Below, piece after piece: positions 13,041 through 24,600 of a stretch of DNA of 64,000 nt (the stretch's first letter is position 1; every line of letters begins with the position of its first letter). The stretch covers positions 40,537,562 to 40,601,561 of the forward strand of contig NC_057723.1 of the NCBI RefSeq assembly GCF_004010195.1, given 5' to 3'. The notes under the pieces are model-generated. The model did no database searches. It saw only the letters and a program-made list of their open reading frames with translations, and was not told the origin of the DNA. Source of the stretch: Chiloscyllium plagiosum (Eukaryota). The position numbers and the translations under genes were made by a program.

Positions 13041-13673
13041 TGTGGCAATGCTGCTTCTTTAATAAGGTTACGCTGTCTTTGGCTTTTTTTTCAGAGAGGT
13101 CGTAAAAGCAGTGATTCCGTAAAGGCTAGGTTTGAAGGATTTTAGGGCCAGTTTGATTATAGCTAATAGATACTGCCTCAGGAAAAAAGGCTTTCAAGTT
13201 AAAAAAAAAACTTGTACAATGAAAGGACATTGGCCAGTTCTCCCAGTTCAGTTTTTACTCTGGTTTGGTTTGGTTTGGTTTTGGCAAGCAATTGTTGTGA
13301 AACTGCTTTAAAGAAGCAGATCCATGCTGATCACCAATCTCTTCGACCTCTCTCCTGTAAGACCCTGTGTTCGATTTTACCTTTTGTGCCAAGGGGCGTT
13401 TATGCAGATTGTTGCAAGTATTTGGAATAGCATACTAAATTGGGATAATCTGTTGGATTTTCACATAGGTTGTTACTCTATATTTTGTTTTCTTTTGTTT
13501 GTGTTTCATTTAGTAATTTTGTAAATAATTTCTGTTTATTTGAAACTAAGTGGTTTGACCAGCTGCATCCCTCCTGAAATATCCGCTCTACACCTGCTTG
13601 AAAAAACGAGCAAAGTAAGGGTCCAGGCTACTTTCTTGAAATATACAGAGGAAGTCTGGCCTGGTCCATAAAA
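13041..13673 (+). mobile_element. Probable solo LTR (Gypsy/ERV-like)
   Basis: It starts TGT and ends ...GGTCCATAAAA (interpreted as a decayed ...ACA end). It is flanked by AATA at 13037-13040 and 13674-13677 (4-bp TSD) and has a T-rich U5-like segment. Confidence 0.55.
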
Positions 13674-15287
13674 AATAAAACACAATTGCAATTTTCAATT
13701 GGACAACTCCTTTTTCTTTAATGACTTCCTTCCAGGAAGTCTTTGGCTACTAAAGGCTCTTGAAGGCTCCTTCACTTTCTGAAGGATAAACCAAAATGCC
13801 ACAGCTCTCAGTAAGTCACTGATTTCTCTTCAGTGTTAGTTATTTTTCAAGTTATAAAATTCCAAATAGATCCTTCCATTAATTTTTAGTTAAGCAAACT
13901 TCCACTATACATTCAAAACCTTTTTCTCAGCTCAAACTTCATTGCATTCTACAAGTTATCTGCTCAGTGCCTCCTTGTCACAATCATTCTTGAATTCTCC
14001 TAGCTCTTATGCTTCTGGCCTACAATGACCTAACGCCTATAAGTAAGCTCTTGCTTACCTTACTGAACTCACCACTTAGATCTACTGACCTGGCTTCTTT
14101 CAATTTCAACCCCAAAGACGTTTTTGGAAAATTCCATTGACAACTATTACAATCAAGACTCAGTGTTCTTCACCTTTCTGGAATTAGGTGGTTGAAATGA
14201 CCAATAGGTTTTTATATTAATTCATTTTTCATTTCAAGTCAAACTTTTGATCATAATGCCTATTGAATAATTTCAATTTCTAATGAAGCCATGGTAGTTA
14301 GCTTTTCACAGACTTACTGTCTGCAGTTCTCCAGCCAAATGAAGGCCACCTGTTGTTTTATTGCCTTTCTCCCTCCTAACCCTGGCCTCACATGAAACCC
14401 TTTGAACTGCCATTATTTGAGGTGAAGTGGCTATTTTTAAAGTGCAGCTTTTAATTGGCTTACCCTTACATGTTTATCGTTCCCAAAAACTCAACATTAT
14501 TTCTGAAATATATTAATATAAATCATGAAATTAAATGATTATGACATCTGTTATTGATTACTAATGACACCCTGTTAAAAGGAATACTTTCCATTTATCT
14601 TTACAGAAAATGAAAGCTTGTACAGAGTTAAGAATAGCTATTTATGCTCTTATTATGTGCTTTTGCTATGTAGATTCATATTATTTTAAAATCTGTCCTA
14701 ATACCTATATTTTAATATGCCTTTGCTAGCTTCCATTGGGTAATTGGGTAAGATGTTGTGCTGTAGATCAGTATCAAATGGACAAATACTGGAATTATCA
14801 ATAATTTGTCCTAAGAGTAATAAACGTTACTGCAAGGGACCTTTAGCAGCTTAGTATTTCAAGATAGACACACCACCTCCCTTTTTTCTGAATGATTAAC
14901 AATGAACAATAAATGCTCTTATTATGAGTAGTGCCCAAAGCATGAGAAATAATTTTAATATAAACAATGTGGAATTTACCAAAAAGGTTTACTAAAATTG
15001 CAAAAGACAACCTCTCCAGCATTTTTATCTTTAAGGACACAGTTGTATTTTGTTTGATGTGTTATTGTATCAGTATATGGGTAAACGAGTGGTTCACTGC
15101 ATAATAGCTGAGCAGCCCCTATCAAATATCAATATGCCTTTCAGTAGTGTGAATATTGCAATCATAAACCCCATATTTGATTCAATAGATAGATGGAACA
15201 CAATGACCATGGTAGCCTATCTATCGGAGTCAAAATTATTCTTTTTTTCTCAAGGGCTACCCTTTGATTTGCAGGTATTGCTTACAG

Positions 15288-15900
15288 TCATAGAGTCATA
15301 GAGATGTACAGCATGGAAATAGACCCTTCGGTCCAACCTGTCCATGCCGACCAGATATCCCAACCCAATCTAGTCTCACCTGCCAGCACCTGGCCCATAT
15401 CCCTCCAAACCCTTCCTATTCATATACCCATCCAAATACCTTTTAAATGCTGCAATTGTACTAGCCTCCATCGCTTCCTTTGGCACCTCATTTCATACAC
15501 GCACCATCCTCTGTGTGAAAAAGTTGCCCCATAGGTCTCTTTTATATCTTTCGACTCTCCCCCTAAACCTATGCCTTCTAGTTCTGGACTCCCCCAGGGA
15601 AAATACTTTGTCTACTTTTCCTATCTATGCCCTTCATGATTTTGTAAACCTTTATAAGGTCACCCCTCAGCCTCCGACACTCCAGGGAAAACAGCCCTAG
15701 CCTATTCAACCTTTCCATATAGCTCAAATCCTCCAACCCTGGCAACATCCTTGTAAATCTTTTCTGAACCCTTTCAAGTTTCACAACATCTTTCTGATAG
15801 GAAGAAGACCAAGATTGCACACAATACTCCAATAGATACAATATTAAACTCTGTCTGCCACTCCTCAGCCCATTGGCCCATCTGATGAAGATCCCGTTGT
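15288..15900 (-). mobile_element. CR1/HER1-like LINE 3' end
   Basis: LEYCVQSWSSSYQKDVVKLERVQKRFTRMLPGLEDLSYMERLNRLGLFSLECRRLRGDLIKVYKIM, with the same tail as 8362-8912. Confidence 0.92.
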
Positions 15901-15919
15901 TGTCCTCTACATCTCCAGT

Positions 15920-16765
15920 TTTGGTGGTGGGATGTGTATGTGTGCGCGCACAAGTGTGTGCGAGTATGACAAAGTATATGCCTGTGAGAGGGTTTGCACA
16001 TGAATGTAAGTGTGGGGGGATGTATGTGTGTGTTTGTCTGAGAGAGAGCATATCTATAAGAGAGGATATGTGTGAGTATGATCATGTGTAAGAGTGTGTG
16101 TGTATGTGTGCTTGTGTGTGTGTGTGTGTAAAGTATATAGTTAGTGGGTTCACCTGTAATGTGACATGAACCCAACGTCCCGGTTGAAGCCATTCTCATG
16201 GGTACCAAACTTGGCTATCAGCCTGTGCTTGGCGACTCTGCGTTGTTGTATATCCTGAAGTCCGCCTTGAAGGACGGTCAACCGAATATCCAAGGCCAAA
16301 TGTCCTTGACTGCTGAAGTGTTCCCTCTCTGGTGATTGTTGCGCAGTGCCCATTCATCTGATGTCGTAGCATCTGCTTGGTCTTGCCAATATATCAAGCC
16401 TCGGGGAATTCTTGCCTACAGTGTATCAGATAGACAACGTTGGCTGAGTCACATGAGTACCTGCCGCGTACATGGTGGTGGTGTCCCCACATGTAATGGT
16501 ATTATCCATGTCAACACTCTGACACGCCTTGCAGTGGTTGCCATGACAGGGTTGTACAGTGTCATGGTCGATGTTTGCCTGGAGGCTGAGCAGTTTGTTG
16601 CAAGCAATGGTCTGTCTTAGGGTTGGCTGATGTTTAAAGGTGAGAAGATCTTTGCGAGGTGCTCATTCCCATTGGTAATATGTTGCAGGCTGTGAAGTAC
16701 GTAACGTAGTTTCTCCACTCCTGGAAAGTACTGGACAATGATGGGTACCCTTTCGGTTGTATCTG
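15920..16765 (-). mobile_element. Penelope-like element 3' portion with a disrupted GIY-YIG endonuclease and (CA)n-rich 3' UTR
   Basis: Minus translation gives YSCDSANVVYLIHCRQEFPEA*YIGKTKQMLRHQMNGH and EHFSSQGH...RLIAKFGTHENGFNRD. These are the VVY...YIG and G-x-N motifs of PLE GIY-YIG domains. Confidence 0.88.
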
Positions 16766-17151
16766 ATACAAACATTAGCAAATTCTGTAGCTAGGGGACA
16801 ATGGTTGTTGTTAGGAATGTTCTTCATTCGCTGTTTTGGCTATTTGGTGTCGTAGCTTTGGTAGGTTAGTTTTTGTAGTTGTGTATGTGGTAGGGAGTGG
16901 CACTATATGAACTGTTTGATAAACTTATTTTGCCAAATAATCTTGGTATTAGGAGAATGATATACTGAAATGACAATGTTCCAGAAGTTTCAACATTTAC
17001 TTGTCTCAATACATGCCAATTTTTCCAGATAATTAAAAACGTAGATTGCAAGAGAATAAATAATAATGATAATAAAGGTTGTTCTGTAATTCTCTAATGT
17101 TGGATTGATAGAGATCTTTACACCATAAAGAGAATATATTGATTTTGAAAA

Positions 17152-17684
17152 GGGCAGGATTTTCTGTTTTTGCATTGGGACTTCAAGTTAAGAGTCCAAT
17201 GCGGATCCTGAATCTCAGGAGCAGTCACTCAACTTAGATTTCTCCTTGATCAGTCACTCAATAGCCAGACACTCACTTGAGACATATTAAGGATGGCAGG
17301 AAGGCTGTCCATCATAGAAGGAGCTGCAGCCTGCCATTGTAGATAAAGGAAGAAGGAAATCATCTCAGATTTTGATGTGTCCTTGAAGCACTTTCAACAC
17401 CTTTGAAATAAAAATGACTGTAGCTGCTGGGCCACAGAGAAGAGGGAACCTTTCCAGAAAACTGCCATGCTCCTTATATTGTGCAGGTTGACTGGAAAGT
17501 TTCAGTTGGCCTCTGATCAGTGGCTTTAATTGGCTTACTAGCTAATGCTGCTGGCAGGTGGTTATCCTGATCAACCTTCCTGAACAGGAGTTCGAGAAAG
17601 GAAGGTACTAGCACTTTAGCATGTAAGTCAACAACAAAGAATTATGTGCTTATCTGTCTCCACTGGCCTCTGAACATTCTGTCC
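17152..17684. mobile_element. Old non-autonomous DNA transposon (Harbinger-like MITE)
   Basis: Imperfect terminal inverted repeats GGGCAGGATTTTC / GAACATTCTGTCC with no coding capacity. No TSD is recognisable. Confidence 0.45.
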
Positions 17685-17943
17685 ATGGAGTAAACTGCAG
17701 ATTTTCAAAGCCTAAAATTTACGGCATGAGGAGAGATTTTACAAACTCAACTTGCTCCCCTTAGAAATGAGAAAGTTAAGTGGAGATTTGATGGAGGCAT
17801 TCAAAAATCACAAGTGATTTTGCTGGAGTAAATAAGAAAAACAAATGTTTCCGCTCCACTGTCAGCAGATCAGACATAGATTTAAGGCTTTGGGCAACAG
17901 AACCTGTGGTAACACGCAGAAGAAAAAGCTATGAGTTGTTATA

Positions 17944-18285
17944 TTAGATTAGATTAGATTACGTACAGTGTGGAAACAGGCCCTTCCGCCCAACAAGTCC
18001 ACACCGACCCTCCGAAGAGCAACCCACCCAGACCCGTTCTCCCCGTGTCTGCGTGGGTTTCCTCCGGGTGCTCCGGAGGGGTATGGGTGGGTTGCGCTTC
18101 GGCGGGTCGGTGTGGACTTGTTGGGCCGAAGGGCCTGTTTCCACACTGTAATGTAATCTAAACCCATTCCCCTACATTTACCACTTCACCTAACACTACG
18201 TGCAATTTAGCATGGCCAATTCACCTAACCTGCACATTTTTGGACTGTGGGAGGAAACCCACGCAGACACGGGGAGAATGTGCAA
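17944..18285 (-). mobile_element. HE1 V-SINE (5'-truncated) with an opposite-strand HE1 piece nested at 18035-18161
   Basis: A (TTAGA)n tail and HE1 3' sequence are interrupted by plus-strand V-domain plus tail. ACCC is repeated on both sides of the insert. Confidence 0.88.
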
Positions 18286-18947
18286 TGTTGGAATATGCTG
18301 CCTGAAAGGCTGATGAAAAGAAGCTCAATAAGGGCTTCCGAAAAGGAATTAGATAAATATTTGAAGAGGGCAATTGTAGGAAAGAGCTAGGGAACTACGA
18401 TTCATTGAACAACTTTTAGAAAGAGGTATCACAATTGGCTGACTCAGCATCTTCTCTGCTGTATGCCTTGGTCATTAATAGCACCGGAGTTGTTTTAAAT
18501 AGCCAGATGCATAATTTATGAAATCAACAGGAACTAAATGTTCTGACGAGTGGCAATATAGATTGCTACTCTGTTCATTTTTTTTCCATTTCAGACAGGA
18601 GTTTCTGATCAGGCTTTCCTTAAGAAATGCTGAGCCGTACTTCCATTCTAACAGTCGCGCAGAATTGTCAGAGGAAGGTAAACCACGTCTACTTTTCAAA
18701 GCACTCAGCTGCCGTATTCTGTGAAAGATCCAGAAACACAGTCACTTTAGCAGCTGCTGTCAAACAGTAAGTATAGACGCTAAGTGTGAGGTCACGATGC
18801 TAGGTCGGTAGGGTGACATCTCAGTAGGTAGCCAGTTGTCTAGGGGATAGATGCCAAGTGATTATGGTGCCAGGTAAGTGATGTAGTGTTAGCATAGGTT
18901 GTGGTGGTTGGGAGAAATTGAGTCCTGAAGGGCAGGGTGGGAGTGGT

Positions 18948-19071
18948 AGGCGAAAGTGGGTACTGCAGATGCTGGAGATTAGAATCAAGATTAGAGTAGT
19001 GCTGGAAAAGCACAGCAGGTCAGGCAGCATCTCAGGAAAATCGATGTTTCAGGCAAAAGCCCTTCATCAAG
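18948..19071 (-). mobile_element. PLE pLTR (family A)
   Basis: GAAAGTGGGTACTGCAGATGCTGGAGAT...GCTGGAAAAGCACAGCAGGTCAGGCAGCATC...GCCCTTCATCA. Confidence 0.8.
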
Positions 19072-19139
19072 GTGGGAATGGTAGTGGAGCCAGGGGGTGA
19101 GGTTAGGTCCAGTATGGGGGATGTGTGGGGTGGAGTCAC

Positions 19140-19350
19140 AGTCATACAGTCAGAGTCTTACAGCATGAAACACACCTTCAGTCCGACTCGTCCATGCCAG
19201 CCAAGTTTCCCAAACTAAACTAGTCCCACTTGTCTGCATTTGGCCCAGATCCCTCTAAACCTTCCCTATTCACGTACCTGTCCATATGTCTTTTAAATTT
19301 TGTAACTGTACCTGTATTCACCACTTCCTCTGGCACCACTTCATTCCACA
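19140..19350 (-). mobile_element. CR1 LINE extreme 3' end
   Basis: WNE..PEEVVNTGTVTKFKRHMDRYVNREGLEGSGPNADKWD*. Confidence 0.85.
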
Positions 19351-19729
19351 TGCCACAATTTAACTCTACATATGCAGAAGTTGCCAGTTTCAAAAAGAGC
19401 AGTACCAATAAACATTAAGCCAACCACTACTCTCATGAAAAACTGGGATATTACAGCTTGAAAATGGGAAACCAACTTCAAGTCGGTATTTAAGATTTAG
19501 TGTATTAAAGACGGCATAGCCCTATATAAACTGGTGTCACAAGAACAGCCTCATCAATAAAGCAGGGGCTGGTTGTGGGAATGGAAAGCAATCCAACCAT
19601 CGAAAGTTCAATTGACTGGAATTCATTTTCTTCACCTAAAGTTACAAAACATCATACATGCAGATTACAAACCAATTGTAGTCCAACATTGGGGTTATAA
19701 TGCATATAGATCCAGACTGTGCTTGCAAA

Positions 19730-20690
19730 ACACCTTTAGTACATAAAGTGTTCCAAAGATTTTCAATGGCATGACAAACCATGAATAGAATTAGAGAATT
19801 ACAGGATTGTGGGACAAAAGGAAATTACAGAAAGAAAGAGTGATTTGATGATGCAAGGTTTAAATTTAGCATCACTTAAAGAACACTTAAATATACACAA
19901 AATGAACAAGGGTGATGGTTGAACAAGCCAACAGCTTAGTTTTGGAGGAAGTTAAGTTTAGAATATAGGTGGTCAGCCAGGAATGTATTAGATTAGTCAA
20001 ATGTAGAGGTAAGAGACACTGAAAGGGAAGCAGTGGATATCCTAAGGTGGAGGAGACATGGGTGATATTACAAAAGTGAAAATAGACAGTATTAGTGAAT
20101 CTCATCTTAGAGTCAACTATAACACCAGGGTGACAAATAAACTGCATCAGCCTCTGTGGTCAGTGGCTAGAGAGTTGACAGTAGCTTCAATCTTCCCAAT
20201 ATTTAATTAGGATGAATTCTTGATCAAATACTGGATGTCAGATAATCTTCCAATTAGCAATATGGCACATTAGGTTGAAAACAAGATTTGAGAGAGGTGA
20301 TGAGCTAGAGCTGGGTGTCATGACTGCACTCATGGAAGCAAATGATATCTTCATGCTTCTCCTTGGTCACAAGCAATGAAGAAGCCAAGATAGATCCTTG
20401 GAGGAACAAAGAGAATTTTAAAAGGAGCAGACACAGAAGCCACTATAGATTATTCCATGTGCACTATTAGTTAATAAAGTCAGGAGTGTAGTCCCGTAGA
20501 CATGGATGCCAGCGGTGAGTTGAAAGAGGATGGTGCAGTCACAAAGAAGAAAGGCAAGGGTAGTTTACTTTGGTTACAGTCACAAATGCCTTCCAAGAAG
20601 AGTCATTTGGTACCTCAGCAAAGATTAGAGTGAGATTGGAGGGAACCAACCATGAATTTCCATCAAAAATCACATGGAATTTGAGAGTGT
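19730..20690 (-). mobile_element. Degraded L2-like LINE fragment
   Basis: Remnants such as PGVIVDSKMRF and YFHFCNI resemble the L2 ORF2 C-terminus. The sequence is heavily decayed. Confidence 0.5.
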
Positions 20691-21016
20691 GCTAACAGAA
20701 GGATTTTCCAGCTAAATGTTCTACCCACTTCAATCCTTAGTTTTATCATGTCCCTAAGATATGCCACAAAATTTATTCTGCAAAAGAAACATTGATTTAA
20801 CTTTGCTGCAAGAATGATATTATCTTCTAATTAGGAGATGTTCAATTTAAAAAAAACACACCTCAACGTAGTTAAACTATACCAGAACATTCAAAACTAG
20901 TATCAAATCATTTGGCTGAAATAAGCAGAATAGTACTATTTCAGAGTTGACCTTTTTCACTCTAAACAAGAAAGATTATCCATTACACAAAAAGTGCCAG
21001 GGCTAAATTTAGGTGG

Positions 21017-21625
21017 CAGCGCATGGCTGATAACGTGAAGTTGAGGATCTGGAAAGAGAATCATTGCTGAAGGTTTTGGATTTGTAGTGTGTACTGGGTA
21101 TCCCGTTCAGGTCCAAACTGGGTTGGTCTAAATGTGGTCCAGAGTCCATATGGAATTAGACGGTCCCATAGGCAGATACTGAGGAAGGAGATGTGGCTGT
21201 GGTAGCGAGTCTGCTTGAGGATGTGGTTGAAGAGCTTCAGGGCAGAGGAGTGGAGTTGGGGAGTGCAATCAGAGAGGGACTCACTGAGATCATTGTAGAG
21301 ACAGGAGGAGAACTTCTTCAAGGCAGGCATCTTTGGAAGAGGCTTTGCAGTACAGTTGAAATCAACTAGGAGAAAGTGAGGACTGCAGATGCTGGAGATC
21401 AGAGTCGAGAGTGTGTGGTGCCGGAACAGCACAAAAGGTCAGGCAGCATCCGATCCTGCCAGAATCAACGTTTCGGGCAGGAGCCCTTCATCAGTACTCC
21501 TGATGAAGGGCTCCTGCCTGAAACGTCAATTTTCCTGCTCCTCATAAGCTGCCTGACCTGCTGTGCTTTTCCAGAACCACAAACTCTCGACACTGATCTC
21601 CAGCATCCACAGTCTTCACTTTCTC
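21017..21625. mobile_element. PLE insertion: minus-strand pLTR with ORF-start extension plus inverted pLTR, 14-bp TSD
   Basis: Arms of about 125 bp (21370-21494 / 21499-21626) meet at two hammerhead cores (CTTCATCAG-TACT-CCTGATGAAG). CTAAATTTAGGTGG is duplicated at 21003-21016 and 21626-21639. Confidence 0.85.
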
Positions 21626-24600
21626 CTAAATTTAGGTGGAGTAATTAAGGGCCAACAATTTGGAACAAAAAAGTTGTCAAACTTCTGCGCAACATGGAGC
21701 AGTTGGGAGTAACTCAGGGCACACAAGAATATTTTGACTTTATGGTATAGGAAACGTAGCATTTTCTGCTAAGTTTATGTTAAGATTAAAAAGTAAAATT
21801 CTTATGTTACCTCTTGCAGCAGTGAAACTTCTTCTGCTATGATCTCAAATCTGACAGCATTCAGCTGCATTTAGATACTCACATGCCCAATGTCCACATC
21901 TAAAGCACTCCTGGCTGTTCACAGTGAACTATATGCATCTTCAGCCAGAAGTGTCACCTGGGGTTGAGTGCAGAGTTAGAGATGGATTGTGTCAGGAATA
22001 GGGACAGGAGATAAGGGGGAAAGGGGAAGTAGATGTTGAGTGTGTGAAGGGGCCTTGGATGCCATGCTGGGAGAGGGATTGGGGGTCAGTTCAGAGTAGG
22101 TTAAGAAGGGTCAAGGGAAGTAGGGGTTTTGCAGTGGGTGGTGAGGGGATAATGGGTCTGGAGCGGGTTGAGGGGTTGGCTGCTGGGGTGTCAGGTATTG
22201 GCAGATGTAGCTGAGTGTAGGGTCAGTCGAATAGTTGCTCAAGAGTTGGATTATGTATTTCATAGCCTAATTTTTCCTGAGTAACCATTTACTTAATTCC
22301 ATCAGAACGCTCTGAACTCTCCAATTGAAATGGAGAGTTTCAGAAGGTTCCAGGTCCAGGGAAATCACCCAGCAGAATCTTCCTGTCCTGGACAATGCCT
22401 TTGGTGCTTGCTGTGATGGGTCTTCTGCAGGATCTCCCTACCCAATCCAATCAAACGCTCGAATAACAACTGTCTGGCCATCAGAAATTCTCTTGAATCA
22501 CTGGATGTAAATGTCAAATACATGCACCTTTACTTATGAAATTAAGAAAGTCAAATAGGAATATTGCTGGTGAGTTTTCTCAGATCTATAAGAAAGATGC
22601 TGAATAGATGTGTGGAAAACCCAGAAGGAAAAACCAAAAAACTCTGTGAATGACTCATACTGGTCCAACTTGTATACTTCAGAACAGTGCTCCAGTACAA
22701 CAAGTACATTGATTTTAAAGTATTACATTTTGTTTACAGGTTGGCTTGAATATTGTTGTATTATCATCTAGTTTTACTAGCACATGTAGCAATGCTGAAA
22801 TTTGTTTGTGAACTTGATGGCAGAAAGGTAACGAGAGGTGCAGTAAAGATGACGTACAGCAGTTCAGAGACTCATGATTATTTGCTATTGTAGCAGGTAA
22901 AACCAGGCTCCATTAACATATAAATAGTTGTGTCATTTTAGAACTTTTAAAAATGATTACAAAAACTAATGTAATTTTTTTTAATATTCCACATAAAAGT
23001 AAGCCTACTATGAAGTAATTTGCAATATAAAGTTTGGCTTTGTTAAGCCTATCGCAGAAATGGTAGGTTAATCCAGAAAGTTATAGACATTTTGATCAGA
23101 GCTTAACAAGGAACAAAATATAGCATTCTAAGTACTATAAGAAAGTCATGAGAATTACAATTATTAATTCCACCATCTTTTGAAGGAAACAAATACTTGG
23201 TCAGCACATTAAACCCTCATTGATGTTGACCTTGCTTATTGTTAAAAACAGGATGCAACATCATATTTAAACTACAAGTACTGAATATCACCATAAGATT
23301 ACAATTTTTAAAACTTGAGCAAATATAAATGACAGACCTCCGTAAAATGTAAATTTTATACAGAAAATCACGGATAACTTCCAAGTAATCATCCCTTTTA
23401 TTCAATTCATAATTTTGCTTGGAATACAGTTGTTATCTCTTACCTGGAGCAAATACTTTCTGCCCGAATTGCTAAGGATACTGAACAGAATCTACTAATC
23501 AGATGTATCAATATCTTTCCATAGCACAGACTAGCTTTACCAAGTGAAGTCAACTGGAAAATTGATGAAGCAATAACTCATAACAATTATTTGTTTCACA
23601 TATTACATGCTCAGCAGCACATGCTTCCATTTTATAAAAATAATAAGAATATTATATGATCATCAGAACTCAGGCAATTACATTGCCCATAATGCAATTC
23701 TTTGAGCATTATAAAGATTAAAGTGCAAATACCTGGATTTAAATGCACCAGGTAATGAATTGACAAATTTCATGTAATATATATATACCCTTTTATCTAA
23801 ATGAATCTTTAACATGTCGATAATAAGCCACGTGCAGGACATCAACCCAAACTCTTCAATGACAATACCTTGCGTCAGCCTAGATCCAACTATATTATTT
23901 CAGGCTCATAGTACAATCACCATGACAACAATGTGAACTGGCAAATGCAGCTACCACCAGATTGATCATAGGAACTTCATAGGAAAAGATCAATCCTAAT
24001 GTTAAATAAGAGCGAGATGAATTTATTTTAAATAGTTTATCAGTGTGCAAGTTAACATAGATTATGTACAATCACATTTTCATTAAATCAGCTGTTTATT
24101 TCTGCAGAAAATACGTGAGTATAATATGTTATTTCCTGTTAGCATGCCTAATATAAAATGCTTTTAAATGCATTATACACATTCATATTCATAAGGTAAA
24201 GATCTGGACCCATTCACTGGCAATAATTCTTGCTCCAGTTCAGATAACATATCAGATTATAGATATAAAATGCAGCTTGAAACTGCCATGTTCTTCTGAA
24301 TTCTGTTTCACAACAGCTCTACCAGCAACAGAATATTCTAATAAAAATTCTGTGCTACAGATAAATAGCATAAGACAGTAGTGAATTATATCTACACTTA
24401 CCAGAACCAGCAACCTCTTTCAGTACAACACCCTTTTCTCTACAGCCATCCATGCAAAATAATCAGCAGCTGCAGACTGGGACTTATCCCATCCCCCAAA
24501 CCCTGCCCAGGCACTTCATATGGTATCTTCCTAATTAGGAAGCTCCATTGCACTAGTCTTAGTTCCAGGTGTCACAGAACTGAACATGGATGTAGGACAC

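Noticed and set aside
14610-14729. Short hydrophobic ORF MKACTELRIAIYALIMCFCYVDS... after a good acceptor
   Set aside because: It stops after about 39 codons, AT-rich DNA readily gives hydrophobic peptides, and there are no supporting exons.
18595-18677. Plus-strand exon-like segment QEFLIRLSLRNAEPYFHSNSRAELSEE
   Set aside because: The splice sites are plausible, but the segment is isolated, has no recognisable homology and sits among old repeat-like sequence.
23960-23995. Hairpin GATTGATC...GATCAATC as a pre-miRNA
   Set aside because: The stem is only 8 bp, far too short for a Drosha/Dicer substrate.
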